Positions 1 through 12,500 of a DNA stretch of 64,000 bases are shown piece by piece (position 1 is the first letter of the stretch; the number at the start of each line of letters is the position of its first letter). The translations under genes were made by a program, and so were the position numbers. The stretch spans positions 672,001 through 736,000 of the forward strand of contig CAWBVY010000006.1 in the NCBI GenBank assembly GCA_963792415.1. Reading direction: 5' to 3'. The notes under the pieces are model-generated. The model was not told the DNA's origin, ran no database searches, and saw only the letters and a list, made by a program, of their open reading frames with translations. This stretch comes from Candidatus Deferrimicrobiaceae bacterium (GTDB taxonomy: Bacteria; Desulfobacterota; Deferrimicrobia; Deferrimicrobiales; Deferrimicrobiaceae).

Positions 1-275
1 TTGACCTCCCGCTCGAACTTCCGCTCGCCGTGCAGCGTCAGCACGCCGTTCTCGACCTCGACGCGGATCTGGTCCTTCGCAAGCCCCGGGACCTCGGCCT
101 TGACGATGATCTCGTCGGCGGTCTCGAAGATGTCCACGGCGGGAGACCACGTCCCGACCCCCGGCTGCTCGCCGCGGTACAGCGGCGACCCGAAGGTCTC
201 CTCGAACACCCGGTTCATCCGGTTCTGCAGCGACGACAACTCCTTCATCGGGTCCCAAAACCGTACGATCGCCAT
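1..275 (-). CDS. Hsp20/alpha-crystallin small heat-shock protein (3' end runs off window)
   Basis: Not in ORF track; manual translation [29 protein letters not shown]...[44 protein letters not shown]; AGGAGGA RBS upstream. Confidence 0.93.
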   Translation of the reverse strand, partial: MAIVRFWDPMKELSSLQNRMNRVFEETFGSPLYRGEQPGVGTWSPAVDIFETADEIIVKAEVPGLAKDQIRVEVENGVLTLHGERKFEREV

Positions 276-340
276 GGTCCTCCTCCTCTCCCCCGCCGCC
301 GGATGGCCGCCGGGGCGGGCCTCGTTGGTATCATACCCGC

Positions 341-2248
<1,908 letters not shown>

Positions 2249-2329
2249 CTTCGTTGCTCCTTCCCCGTGTTTTTTCCAGTAAAGCGTTTTCCAACGTCAC
2301 GGCATTGCATCCCTTGTGACCTGAAATGA

Positions 2330-2346
2330 AACAAGTCCCGTGCCAA
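2330..2346 (-). promoter_or_regulatory. Putative sigma54 -24/-12 promoter for dnaK
   Basis: TTGGCACGGGACTTGTT vs consensus TGGCACG-N4-TTGC; -12 reads GT rather than GC. Confidence 0.6.
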
Positions 2347-2441
2347 CGGCCGCAACGCCGATGGATTCATTCAAGCACTTGTTCTTATAGGAGAAAAATT
2401 AGATGCGGTTCCCATCTCCCGTTGGAGCTGCAGCGGAGCCA

Positions 2442-2478
2442 GTGTCATTATGACACACATCCAATGCCGTGTTGGCAT
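2442..2478. promoter_or_regulatory. Two related palindromes, candidate enhancer sites for a sigma54 activator
   Basis: GTGTCAT-T-ATGACAC (2442-2456) and ATGCC-GTGTT-GGCAT (2464-2478), 22 bp apart, ~100-130 bp upstream of the sigma54 site. Confidence 0.55.
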
Positions 2479-2505
2479 ACCGGCGCAGGGAGGGGAGACG
2501 GTGCG

Positions 2506-3876
2506 CTAGTCGATCCCGAACTCCTTCACTTTGCGGTGGAGGGTGCGGAGGCCGATGCCGAGGAGCTTCGCCGCCAGGGTCTTGTTCCCCCCGGTCTGGA
2601 CGAGGGCGGCACGGACGGCGTCCCGCTCCATCTCGCCGAGGGTGCGGGAGGGGGGCAGAGGGATCGGTGCGGAAGCCGTCGGGGGGAGGACCGCCTGCGT
2701 CACCTCGGGGGGAAGGTCGCCCGGCCCGATCGCCTCCTCCTGTGCGACGAGGGTCGCGGTTTCCAGGGCGTTGCGCAGCTGGCGGACGTTCCCGGGCCAC
2801 CGGCAGGAGAGAAGGGCTTTGAGCGCCGCGGGGGACAGGCGCTTCGGGGGAAGCCCGTTTTCCATCCCGATCAGCGCGAGGAAGTGGTCGCACAGCTTCG
2901 GGATGTCCTCGCGCCGTTCCCGAAGCGGCGGGACGACGATGTTGAAGACGTTCAGCCGGTAGTAGAGGTCCTCGCGGAACGCCTTCGCCTCCACCCGTCC
3001 TTTCAGGTCCTGGTTCGTCGCCGCGATGATCCGGACGTCCGCGTGGATCACCTGCGATCCCCCGACCCGCATGACCTCCTTCTGCTCGATCGCGCGCAGG
3101 AGCTTCGACTGGATCGCCTGCGACACGTCCCCGACCTCGTCGAGGAAGAGCGTCCCCCCCTCGGCGTTCTCGAATTTCCCCGGCCGGGAGGCGGTCGCCC
3201 CCGTGAACGCCCCCTTCTCGTGTCCGAAGAGCTCGGACTCGAGGAGGGTCTCGGGGATCGCGGCGCAGTTCAACGGCAGGAACGGCTGGTCGGCGCGGGG
3301 ACTCAGTCCGTGGACCCCCCGCGCGACGAGTTCCTTCCCCGTGCCGCTTTCCCCGGTGATCAGGACGTTCATCCGGGTCGGAGCGACCAGGCGGATCTTT
3401 CGCAAAACCTCTTCCATCGCGCGGGAGGATCCGACGATCCCCTCGATCCCGAGCGCCCGGCCGGCCTCCTCGCGGAGTCGTTCGATCTCCCGACGCATCC
3501 CGCGCTCCTTGAGCGCCTTGAAGACGGCGGCCCGCAGACGGGGAATCTCCACGGGCTTGAGGAGGAAATCCGAGGCGCCGGCGCGCACCGCCTCGACCGC
3601 GCCCTCGACGGTGCCGTACGCCGTAAGGATGACCACCGGGACGTCCGGGATCTTCTTCGTGACGTGACGGAGCACTTCAAGGCCGGTCAGGCCGGGCATC
3701 CGCAGGTCGGTAACGACGACGTCGCCCCCTTCCGCTTCCACGCGCGCCAATCCCTCCCGCGGGTCGGCGAAGGGGAAGACGTCGATCCCGTCGCGGCGCA
3801 ACGCGGCGACGACGCTCCGGAGGCTGTCGGCGTCGTCGTCGAAGACGAAGACGCGCCCCTTCTCCTTCGAATTCAC
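2506..3876 (-). CDS. Sigma54-dependent response regulator (NtrC family: REC-AAA+-Fis HTH)
   Basis: Receiver (FDDD...TDLRMP...KP), GESGTGKE, GAFTGA, LFLDEV, WPGNVRQL, C-terminal HTH. Confidence 0.97.
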   Translation of the reverse strand: MNSKEKGRVFVFDDDADSLRSVVAALRRDGIDVFPFADPREGLARVEAEGGDVVVTDLRMPGLTGLEVLRHVTKKIPDVPVVILTAYGTVEGAVEAVRAGASDFLLKPVEIPRLRAAVFKALKERGMRREIERLREEAGRALGIEGIVGSSRAMEEVLRKIRLVAPTRMNVLITGESGTGKELVARGVHGLSPRADQPFLPLNCAAIPETLLESELFGHEKGAFTGATASRPGKFENAEGGTLFLDEVGDVSQAIQSKLLRAIEQKEVMRVGGSQVIHADVRIIAATNQDLKGRVEAKAFREDLYYRLNVFNIVVPPLRERREDIPKLCDHFLALIGMENGLPPKRLSPAALKALLSCRWPGNVRQLRNALETATLVAQEEAIGPGDLPPEVTQAVLPPTASAPIPLPPSRTLGEMERDAVRAALVQTGGNKTLAAKLLGIGLRTLHRKVKEFGID

Positions 3877-4640
3877 GAACGCCTCCCCTGCGGGAGCGCA
3901 AGCGGGAGGCGGCCGGGATACATCGCCCGGAACTGCTCCTCGAACAGGAGCACGACGGTCATCGTGGTCCCCTTCCCCTCCCTGCTGCGGACGTAGACCG
4001 CCCCGCCGTGCTGCCGCACGATCTGGCGGACGATCGGAAGGCCCAAACCGCTGCCGTTCTTCCGGGTGGTGAAGAAGAGGCGGAAGATGTGGCGGCGGTC
4101 GGAGGGCGGGATTCCCCGGCCGTTGTCGCGGATCCGCATGAATGGCCGCCCCGCGCGGACTCCGGTGGTCACGCGGATCACCTTCTCCTCCTTCTCCACC
4201 GCTTGCTGGGCGTTCAGCAGGAGGTTGAGCAGCGCCTGCTTCAACAGTTTCTCGTCGGCCAGGATCGGCAGGGGCGAGGGGTGGAGCTTCGTCTTGAGGG
4301 AAACCCCCCGGTACGCGAGTTCCGTCTCGAGGAACCGGAGCGTCTCCGACACGATCCGGTTGAGGTCGACCAGGGCAAGCTCCATCGCCGGGGGCCGGGC
4401 GAAGCGCAGGAAGCCCGAGAGCGTGTCGTTCAGCCGCTGGGTGACCTTGAGGTTGGCGCGGGCGAGGGAGAGGAGGTCCCCCTTCTGCGGAACGCCCTCC
4501 TCCGGAAGCTCGCAGAGCATCTCCTCGAGGAGCTGGCCGTTGATATAAAGGGAGTTCAGCGGGTTGCGGATCTCGTGGGCCAGGCCCGCCGCGACGGCGC
4601 CCAGGTCCGCGAGCTTATTGCGTGTTCTTGTCGCCGTCAC
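3873..4640 (-). CDS. Histidine kinase, HisKA + HATPase only (no sensor or TM domain)
   Basis: LAHEIRNPL H-box at residue ~22, NLLLNA, DNGRGI, FFTTR, GSGLGL; GTGA overlap with regulator. Confidence 0.93.
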   Translation of the reverse strand: MTATRTRNKLADLGAVAAGLAHEIRNPLNSLYINGQLLEEMLCELPEEGVPQKGDLLSLARANLKVTQRLNDTLSGFLRFARPPAMELALVDLNRIVSETLRFLETELAYRGVSLKTKLHPSPLPILADEKLLKQALLNLLLNAQQAVEKEEKVIRVTTGVRAGRPFMRIRDNGRGIPPSDRRHIFRLFFTTRKNGSGLGLPIVRQIVRQHGGAVYVRSREGKGTTMTVVLLFEEQFRAMYPGRLPLALPQGRRS

Positions 4641-4662
4641 GAGGACGATTCTATATCAAAGC

Positions 4663-5295
4663 CTACCGGTACTCCACGGTCAGCAGAGGCGCTCTGTCCG
4701 CCAGGTCGTCGTCGAACTCCACCAGCCCCGAGGCCCCGGGGACGAAATCCAGAAGGAAGCGGAGTTGCAGGTCGCTCAACCCGCGGGCCTGCGCTTCCGA
4801 CATCAGCGACGTAACGTCGATCCGGACGAATCGATTGATGTCCGAGCGGAGGACATCGAAAGGCGAGCGGGTAAGCAGCGGGGGCGAATTGTAATCCACG
4901 CTGGTCAGGCCCGTGATCGGAAACGGGACCAGATCGACAAGGGTCGGCACCGAGGAGGAGAAACTCACGTAGTTCACATAGACATCGATGTAGGCGGAAA
5001 CGATCGTGGCGCCGAGAGGAACCACCCCGCCCCCGGTGGAGCCGTCGAGAGGAAAATCGAGAAACGCCCTGAACTCGGTACCGCCGGAATCGATTCCGTA
5101 CAGGACGTTTTTCGTGGCATTGGCCTGGGAGACGGTGTACGTGCCCGGGGGGGTGAACCCGATGTCTCCGTCCGAGCTCTGGGCGCTCAGTGCCTGTATG
5201 AATACCGTGGTCGGGTCGCTGGACCCCCCCCCTCCGCAACCGGCGAGGAACAACGCAAGGCCGCCCACGATCGCCAGGATCCCGATTTTCCGCAT
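4663..5295 (-). CDS. Lipoprotein, possible DNRLRE-like domain
   Basis: MRKIGILAIVGGLALFLAG-C-GGGG lipobox; FRAFLDFPL...PLGATIVSAYIDVY resembles DNRLRE domains; RBS before ATG 5295. Confidence 0.7.
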   Translation of the reverse strand: MRKIGILAIVGGLALFLAGCGGGGSSDPTTVFIQALSAQSSDGDIGFTPPGTYTVSQANATKNVLYGIDSGGTEFRAFLDFPLDGSTGGGVVPLGATIVSAYIDVYVNYVSFSSSVPTLVDLVPFPITGLTSVDYNSPPLLTRSPFDVLRSDINRFVRIDVTSLMSEAQARGLSDLQLRFLLDFVPGASGLVEFDDDLADRAPLLTVEYR

Positions 5296-5400
5296 CGCCG
5301 TTCCTCCTGTGTCCGCCGCTTCGCGATCCATGTACATTCTACGCTACCCGGGGGGATGGAATTCAACCTGGGGGCCGGATGCCCCCCCTTTCCGCCGGCC

Positions 5401-5409
5401 TGCTATAAT
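5401..5409 (+). promoter_or_regulatory. Extended -10 promoter element for PBP1A gene
   Basis: TGCTATAAT ~40 nt upstream of start. Confidence 0.6.
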
Positions 5410-5450
5410 CGAGGCGAACATATCCATTCTCGTGCGAGAGAGGCGAACCG

Positions 5451-7475
5451 TTGTCCCGGAACCTCGATCCCGGTGAACCCGCGGGCTTCCCCTGGAAAAA
5501 AATTCTCCTGATCGTGTTCGTCACGGGGTTGTGCTTCGTCCTCGGGGTGGGGGCCGGGATCGTCCTGCTGGCGAAATTCGGGGATTTTCCGTCGATCGAG
5601 TCGGCGGCGGCGTACCGGCCCAGCGTCACCTCGAAGATCTTCGACCGGAACAACCGCATCGTCGGCGAAATCTACCTCGAGAAGCGGAACCTGGTCCCCT
5701 TCAAGGCCATCCCCCCGCACGTCGTCAACGCCTTCGTCGCGGCGGAGGACGCGAATTTCTTCCGGCACAAGGGAGTGGACTACATCGCCATCGCGAGGGC
5801 GATCGTCAAGGACGTCCTTTCCGGCGGGTACGCGCAGGGGGCGAGCACGATCACCCAGCAGACGGTCAAATCCCTCTTCCTGACCCCGGAAAAGACCGTC
5901 GCGCGCAAGTTGAAGGAGTTGATCCTCGCCTACCGGATCGAGAGGGTACTCTCCAAGGAGGAGATCCTCTACCTCTACCTGAACCAGATCTACCTCGGGG
6001 ATGGGGCCTACGGCGTGGAGGCGGCGGCGCAGACCTACTTCTCGAGGGGGGTCTCGACACTCACCGTCGCGGAAGGGGCGCTCCTCGCGGGGCTGGCCCA
6101 GGCGCCCACCCGCTACTCGCCGCGGGGCCACATCGACAAGGCGAGGGCAAGGCAACGGTACGTGCTTCGCCGGATGGCGGAGGTCGGGTTCCTCGACAAG
6201 GAAACGGCGGAGAGGGCGTACAATGCGCGCCTGGCGCTGGCGCCCCCCTCCACCTTCCGGCCGAAAGTCGCGTACTTCCTCGAGTACATCCGCACCTACC
6301 TCCAGGAGAAGTACGGCGTGGATGCGATGTACCGCAACGAGTTCAGGATCTACACGACGATCGACGAGCGGTTGCAGGAAGCGGCATACGACGCCGTGAC
6401 GCAGGGCGTCCGCCGGATAGAGGAAGCGAACGGGTACACGGGGCTCCAGGGCGCGCTTCTGTGCATGGACCCCGGCACGGGCGGGGTGCTGGCGATGGTG
6501 GGCGGGGTCGACTTCGGCGCGTCCCAGTTCAACCGGGCGCTCCAGGCGCGTCGGCAGCCGGGCTCCGCCTTCAAGCCGATCGTCTACGCCGCCGCCCTCG
6601 ACAAGGGGAAGACGCTGGTCTCCACCGTGGACGACTCTCCGATCGAGTTCGCGAGGAGCGAGACGGAGATGTGGAAGCCGAAAAATTACGATGAAACGTT
6701 CCTCGGCCCCATCCCGCTGCTCGAGGCGCTGGCCAAGTCCCGCAACCTGGCCACCGTCCGCCTGCTGAACGAGATCGGCGTGGACACCGTGATCGGGATG
6801 GCCCGCAGCCTCGGCATCCAGTCGCCCATCGAGCGGAACCTCTCGATCGCCCTCGGGTCGTCGGGCGTGACCCCTCTCGAGATGGCCACCGCGTACTCGA
6901 CCTTCGCCGCCGGCGGACGGCGGCCGACGCCGTTCTTCATCCGGGAAGTGCAGGACGGACAGGGGAGCGTGCTGGAGCGGACCGAACCGAAGGCCGCGGC
7001 GGCGATCGCCCCGGAGACCGCCTATCTCACCATCCGGCTGATGCAGGAGGTTCTTCGGACCGGCACCGGCGCCTCGGCGAAGAAGCTCTCGCCGAACCTC
7101 GCCGGGAAGACGGGGACGACGAACGAGAATACGGACGCCTGGTTCATCGGCGGATCGCCGGACCTGATCGCGGCGGTGTGGGTGGGATTCGACACCCCGA
7201 CGTCGCTTGGGAAGCGCCAGACGGCGGCCTCGGTGGCGCTGCCGATCTGGACGCACTTCTTCGGGAAGGCGCTGACATACGTCCCCGACCGCGAATTCTA
7301 CCCCCCCGCGGGAATCACCTTCGCCCCCGTGGACCCGTCGACCGGCAAGGCGTTGCCGCCGGGAAGCGGCGAGGGGATGGTGCTCCCCTTCAAATTGGGC
7401 ACGGTGCCGGAGACCGGCGGCCCCGCCGGGAAACCTTCCCCGCAACGGCGGGGGACGGGCGACGACCTGCTGTAG
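5451..7475 (+). CDS. mrcA: Penicillin-binding protein 1A family (transglycosylase/transpeptidase)
   Basis: N-terminal TM, EDANF, GASTITQQ, RKLKE; SAFK, SRN, KTG. Confidence 0.95.
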   Translation: MSRNLDPGEPAGFPWKKILLIVFVTGLCFVLGVGAGIVLLAKFGDFPSIESAAAYRPSVTSKIFDRNNRIVGEIYLEKRNLVPFKAIPPHVVNAFVAAEDANFFRHKGVDYIAIARAIVKDVLSGGYAQGASTITQQTVKSLFLTPEKTVARKLKELILAYRIERVLSKEEILYLYLNQIYLGDGAYGVEAAAQTYFSRGVSTLTVAEGALLAGLAQAPTRYSPRGHIDKARARQRYVLRRMAEVGFLDKETAERAYNARLALAPPSTFRPKVAYFLEYIRTYLQEKYGVDAMYRNEFRIYTTIDERLQEAAYDAVTQGVRRIEEANGYTGLQGALLCMDPGTGGVLAMVGGVDFGASQFNRALQARRQPGSAFKPIVYAAALDKGKTLVSTVDDSPIEFARSETEMWKPKNYDETFLGPIPLLEALAKSRNLATVRLLNEIGVDTVIGMARSLGIQSPIERNLSIALGSSGVTPLEMATAYSTFAAGGRRPTPFFIREVQDGQGSVLERTEPKAAAAIAPETAYLTIRLMQEVLRTGTGASAKKLSPNLAGKTGTTNENTDAWFIGGSPDLIAAVWVGFDTPTSLGKRQTAASVALPIWTHFFGKALTYVPDREFYPPAGITFAPVDPSTGKALPPGSGEGMVLPFKLGTVPETGGPAGKPSPQRRGTGDDLL

Positions 7476-7478
7476 ATC

Positions 7479-8216
7479 TTACGCCCCGTCCCGGAGCCGG
7501 TCCGCGAATTCCCGCGGCAGCCCCGCCTCGAGCACTTTCCGGCGCGCCGCTTCGACGTCGTACGGCACGCGGACCCAGGTCACCTTCCCGTCGTCGGTGT
7601 CGAACAGGAGGAAAGAGGCGTTCCTGTCGCGGTCCCTCGGCTGCCCGACGCTCCCAGGGTTGAGGAGCGCCCGCTCCCCCGGGAGGAGCCGGAACGCTCC
7701 CGCGGGGACGATCTCCACCCGGCCGTCCACCCGCCGGACGAACCCGCCCGCCGCGTGCGTGTGCCCGAAGAAGATCGGCCCCGTCGCAACGGACGCGAAG
7801 AGACTCGCAAGTTCCTGGGCGGCGTGGTCGACGGAATCGACGTACCGGCCCGGATCGCTGGGGGCTCCGTGGACGAGCAGCGCGCCGCCCTCGATGAAAC
7901 GCTGGACGGGAAGGTCCGCAAGGTAGTCCCGGGCCTCCGGGGAGATCCGCTCCCGCGACCAGAGGGCTGCCTTCCGCGCCGCGGCGTGGAAGTTCCGACC
8001 CGTTGCGCGGCCGCACGCCACGGCGTCGTGGTTCCCGGAAACGCCCGCCGCCGCGTTCGCCATCGCCCAGCGGACACACTCTTCCGGCTGGGCGTTGTAC
8101 CCGGCGAGGTCCCCGAGGTGGTAGACCCGGTCCGGCCGGCGGAGGACGAGCTCCGCCCCAACCGCCGAGAGGGCATCGAAGTTCGCGTGGATGTCCGAGA
8201 GGATGGCGACGTTCAA
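7479..8216 (-). CDS. Calcineurin-like metallophosphoesterase
   Basis: SDIHAN, LGDLAGY, GNHD, VHG, GHTH, NPGSVGQPRD; TTG start overlaps upstream TGA. Confidence 0.92.
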   Translation of the reverse strand: MNVAILSDIHANFDALSAVGAELVLRRPDRVYHLGDLAGYNAQPEECVRWAMANAAAGVSGNHDAVACGRATGRNFHAAARKAALWSRERISPEARDYLADLPVQRFIEGGALLVHGAPSDPGRYVDSVDHAAQELASLFASVATGPIFFGHTHAAGGFVRRVDGRVEIVPAGAFRLLPGERALLNPGSVGQPRDRDRNASFLLFDTDDGKVTWVRVPYDVEAARRKVLEAGLPREFADRLRDGA

Positions 8217-9505
8217 GCGCTGACCGCCACGGCCCTCCCCAGTCCGGGTGGAAGCGTCCGGACGGTCCGTTTCCTCGCCGAATATTCCCGGACGAGGTCC
8301 ATGAAGATGTCGAGCTCGTACCGGCGGTCGACCCGCGTCCCGTCGAAGTAGATGACCCGGACGGGAAGGCCGTCGCAATCGCGCGAGAGGCGCGGGTAGA
8401 TCGCCTCCGAGACGATCCCGTTCATGCAGGAGAACGGGTTGATGTCCAGCACCCCGTCGGCCCCCTTCCTGTGCAGGTAGACCGTCTTCGCCACCGAGAG
8501 GAGCATCTCGCCCAGCGTTCCTTCGGGAACGAGGTACGGACGCGCGAGGTCGAGCACGTCGCGGATGTCGTCGGCCTCCTCGTAGCCGCGGAAGTCGTCC
8601 CCGAAGACTTTATACAGTTCCCGCTCGTCCTTGTGCTGAAAGTGCCACTTCAGCCTTGCGCCGAACATCTCCATGGTCAGGTGCTTCCGGAAGCGCTTCA
8701 GCAGGTGGATGTGGGTGGCGTTGGTGTACCAGAGCCATTCGCTGACGTCGGAGATCCAGCACTCTCCCCCCGCCTCCTCGACCTTGCGCACGACGTCGTC
8801 GTTGCTGAACGCGTTGAGGCGGCAGAAGATCTCCCCCACGACGCCGATGAGCGGGCGGGGATCGGAGAAATCGGCCGGGACGTCGCGCAGCAATTTCCGT
8901 CCCCGGACGAGGGACTCCTTGAGGCGGGCCATCCGCTCCTTCGGGTTCTTCCCGCGCGATTCGACCGTGGCGCAGAGGTCGGACAGCGCCGCCTGGTGCG
9001 CCGCGTCGGACGCCCCCTTTTCCAGCTCGTAGGGACGGGTCCGGAGGAGAAGCTTCGTCAGCAGCTCGCCGCCGATCATCGCCCTCCACGCGGTGCGAAG
9101 CAGCTCGTCGGCATGCTCCCCGATCCCGTTGTACCCGTCCTCGCACGTCGGGGACAGGACCGTGACGCCGTCGAACCCCATCTCCTTCAGGACCCCCTTG
9201 ATGTAGGGGCCGTACTGGCCGAACCGGCACGGTCCGTCCGAGGTAGGCATGAAAAGCGCCATCCGGTCGGGGGGGACCTCGCCGTGAACGAGGATTTTCA
9301 GCGCGTCCCCCAGCGTCACCTTGAGGGGAAGGCACTCCTCGCCCGAGGAGTGGCGCCCCCCGAGGACCATCGTCTCCTCGTCGGAGGGAGCCATCGACTT
9401 CGCGTCGATCCCCACCGAGCGGAACGCGGAGGCGATGACGCGGACCCCCGCCTCCGACATCGCGGGGAAGTAAACCGTCTTCCCGGACAGCGGCGAACCG
9501 CTCAC
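8213..9505 (-). CDS. CoA-activase-associated protein (2-hydroxyacyl-CoA dehydratase component / DUF2229-like)
   Basis: C-terminal part of ORF 8213..11968: GEECLP, GPCRFGQY, IGVVGEIF, NPFSCM; GTGA overlap with upstream activase. Confidence 0.82.
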   Translation of the reverse strand: MSGSPLSGKTVYFPAMSEAGVRVIASAFRSVGIDAKSMAPSDEETMVLGGRHSSGEECLPLKVTLGDALKILVHGEVPPDRMALFMPTSDGPCRFGQYGPYIKGVLKEMGFDGVTVLSPTCEDGYNGIGEHADELLRTAWRAMIGGELLTKLLLRTRPYELEKGASDAAHQAALSDLCATVESRGKNPKERMARLKESLVRGRKLLRDVPADFSDPRPLIGVVGEIFCRLNAFSNDDVVRKVEEAGGECWISDVSEWLWYTNATHIHLLKRFRKHLTMEMFGARLKWHFQHKDERELYKVFGDDFRGYEEADDIRDVLDLARPYLVPEGTLGEMLLSVAKTVYLHRKGADGVLDINPFSCMNGIVSEAIYPRLSRDCDGLPVRVIYFDGTRVDRRYELDIFMDLVREYSARKRTVRTLPPGLGRAVAVSA

Positions 9506-12500
9506 TGCTGCGCCCATGGGCGGAGCACCCCCTTGCTGTCGAGATAGGCCTCGCACCGGGTCACGTACCCGGCGTCGTTGCCGTGGCCGTCGAACTGCAG
9601 CGTCAGGTACGGGGACCCGGACGCCTTCGTTATGAAGTGTCGCACGAAGGAGTCGGGGCCGCACTTGAAATTGGTGATGTAGATCATGTGGAATTTCGGC
9701 CGGTTCCTGCACCATTTCGCCGCGGCGATGATCTTGCGGCCGTAATTCCAGAACATGTTGTCGTTCACGTCGCGGATGTCGATGTCGTCCACGGGGAGAA
9801 AGTCGATCGGGATGACGTTGCCGCCATACTGGTCCCGAAGCTTCGCCGGGATGTTCAGGTTGACGTCCCGGTCGTACAGATTGTAGGGGCGCCCCAGCAG
9901 GACGATCGCGTCCGCCCCCGCCTTCTCGACCCGCTCGATCGCCTCCGCCCCCGCGACCTCGAGGAACCGGCCGAGCTTCGCCTGCTCTCGGTACCCGTCG
10001 CGGATCCCCTCCCGGATCTCCTTCCGGGAGACGCCCAGCGGCCCGAAGCAGTCGAACAGGTCCTCCACGATGTACTTCTCGCCGTCCCGGAACCGGACGG
10101 TGGGCGAGAGCAGCTTCTGCCGCAGCTCTTTCTCCCACTTGGGGACGGCGGCCACGACGAACGGCAGCGTCTGCCCCCAGGGACAGAACTGCGACGCCGT
10201 GTGCGTGTGGATCGTCTCCGAGTTGATCGGGTTCGGCAGGAAGAGGAAGTCGACGCCGGAGACCAGCAGCGCCCCGACGTGCCCGTGGGCCACCTGGATC
10301 GGGTAGCAAGGCTCGGCGACGGTCCGCTCGAACCCCTCCCGGGCGATCGCCTTGTCGGTGCGCGGCGACACCTTGATGCCGAACCCCATCCGCGTGAGCA
10401 CCCCCTTCCAGAAGGGGAACCGCTCGTGGAAATACATCGCCCTCGGGAACCCGACGGTCCCGCGCGGGCCGCTCGCAGGAGTCTCCGCGACGAGCCGGTC
10501 CATCCACTCGATCCTGCGCGCCACCAGGTCGTCGATCACCGGCTTCGTGCCGGTGCGGGCCGCCTTGCGGTACTTCTCGGAACACTTGTCGCCCCAGTAG
10601 GTTCGGCTTTCCCCGATCCGGATCTCCTGCATGTCGCAGTAGTTGCTGCACCCCTTGCAGACGAACTCCCGCCGACGGTAGTCTACCTTGGAGAGGTCGA
10701 ATCCGCGGAACGTCGTGGGCTCCTTCGTCGCCCGGACCTTGTCCCGGGCGAGCAGCGCCATCCCGATCGCCCCGATCACCCCGTTGTGGGGCGGAACGAT
10801 GATCTTGCGACCCAGCACCTGGGAGAATGCCGCGGCGACCGAGTCGTTGTACGCCGTCCCCCCCTGGAAGTAGATCGTCTCGCCGATCTTCCGTCCGCGC
10901 ACCACGCGGTTGAGGTAATTCATGACGACCGAGTACGCGAGGCCCGCGACGAGATCGTCCTTCCGGGCGCCCCGGTAGAGATAGTTGTTCAGATCCTGCT
11001 CCATGAAGACGGTGCACCGCTCCCCCATGCGGACGGGGGCGCTCGAGGAGAGGGCCATCTCGGCGAACTCTCCCTTGATCCGGATCCCGAGCCTCTCCGC
11101 CTGCTCCTCGAGGAACGACCCGGTCCCGGCGGCGCACGCGTCGTTCATCGCGAAATCGGTGACCACGCCGTTTTCGAGGCCGATGAACTTGGAGTCCTGC
11201 CCGCCGATCTCGAAGATCGTGTCGACCGACGCGTCGAAATAACGCCGGCTGATGAAGGTCGAGCCGGTCTTGTGAGCGGTGATCTCGTCCTGGACCGTGT
11301 CGGCCCCGACCAGCTCGCCGATCAGCTCCCGGCCGGACCCGGTGGTCCCGACGCCGCGGATCGAGATCGTGTCCCCGAACTCGTCCCGGAGCGCCTGCAG
11401 TCCGTCGGTCACCACCTGCACCGGACGCCCCTGCGTTCCTACGTAGATCTCCTTGAGGAGGTTCCCGTCCCAGTCCGTCACGGCGAAGTTGGTGGAGACC
11501 GAACCGATGTCGATGCCGAGGAAGACCTCGGGCCGTCCCTCGGGCTTCGGGGGCGCCTGGACGCGGTCGCGCAGGAAGACGACGTTCTCCGTCGTGAGGG
11601 GCGGCCACGAAGGGAACGCGCGCTCTTCCGGTTCCTCGACCGCCGGATCCCCCGCGATCACCGACGAGCCTGCTCCCGCGCGCTCCGAGGAGGCCGCCGC
11701 CGCGCCGAGGGCGCCCATGTGTGCGAACCCGCGCGGCACCACGACATCCTCCCCCGAAAAACCGAAAGCGTCGCGGATCGCGCGGACGACCCCCGAGTTC
11801 TCGAACAGACCGCCGACCAGGGCGATCGTCGGGACGGGGTCCTTCCCCTTGTTGATGCTGCTCTTGAAGTTGCGCGCGACCGCGTCGCACAGCCCCTTCA
11901 GGATCTCCTCCGGAGAGTACCCTTTCTGCTGGGCGTGGATCATGTCGCTCTTGGCGAATACGGAGCATCGGCCGGCGATCCTCGCCGCGCTCGCGGCGTG
12001 GGCGACCATCTCGCCGACCTGCTCCACCTGAAGCTTCATCCGGTGGGCCTGCTGGTCGATGAACGACCCCGTGCCCGCCGCGCAGTCGCCATTCGTGTCG
12101 TAATCCTTGACGGTGAGGAGACCCGCGTCGCCGGTCGCCTCAAGGCGGATGACCTTGGCGTTCTCCCCGCCCATCTCGAAGATCGTGCGGACCTCGGGAT
12201 GCGTGACCGTGATGGCCTTGACGAGGCAGCGGAAGTCGTTCTCGTACGTGGCCCCGATGAGCGGAGCGAGTTGACGACCGCTCCTCCCCGTGACCGCGAT
12301 TGCCCGCACGTTCCCCTCGCCGAGGACCGCGAGCCACCGGCGCAGCCTCTCCGGGACCTTCCTCACAGGATCACCAAGGAGACGGTCGTACGAAAGGATG
12401 TACCCCTTCCCGGCGCCGGGGAGCGCGATCGCCTCCGGATCCAGGAACATTCCGCGCAGATCCGCGGAGAGATCCGTCGAACCTTCCGGCAGAAACAGGG

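Noticed and set aside
2249-2505. CIRCE operator upstream of dnaK
   Set aside because: No TTAGCACTC-N9-GAGTGCTAA match found
8213-11968. 1251-aa ORF as a single giant protein
   Set aside because: The first ~820 aa are an off-frame read of the activase; only 8213..9505 is protein-like and it has a coupled GTG start
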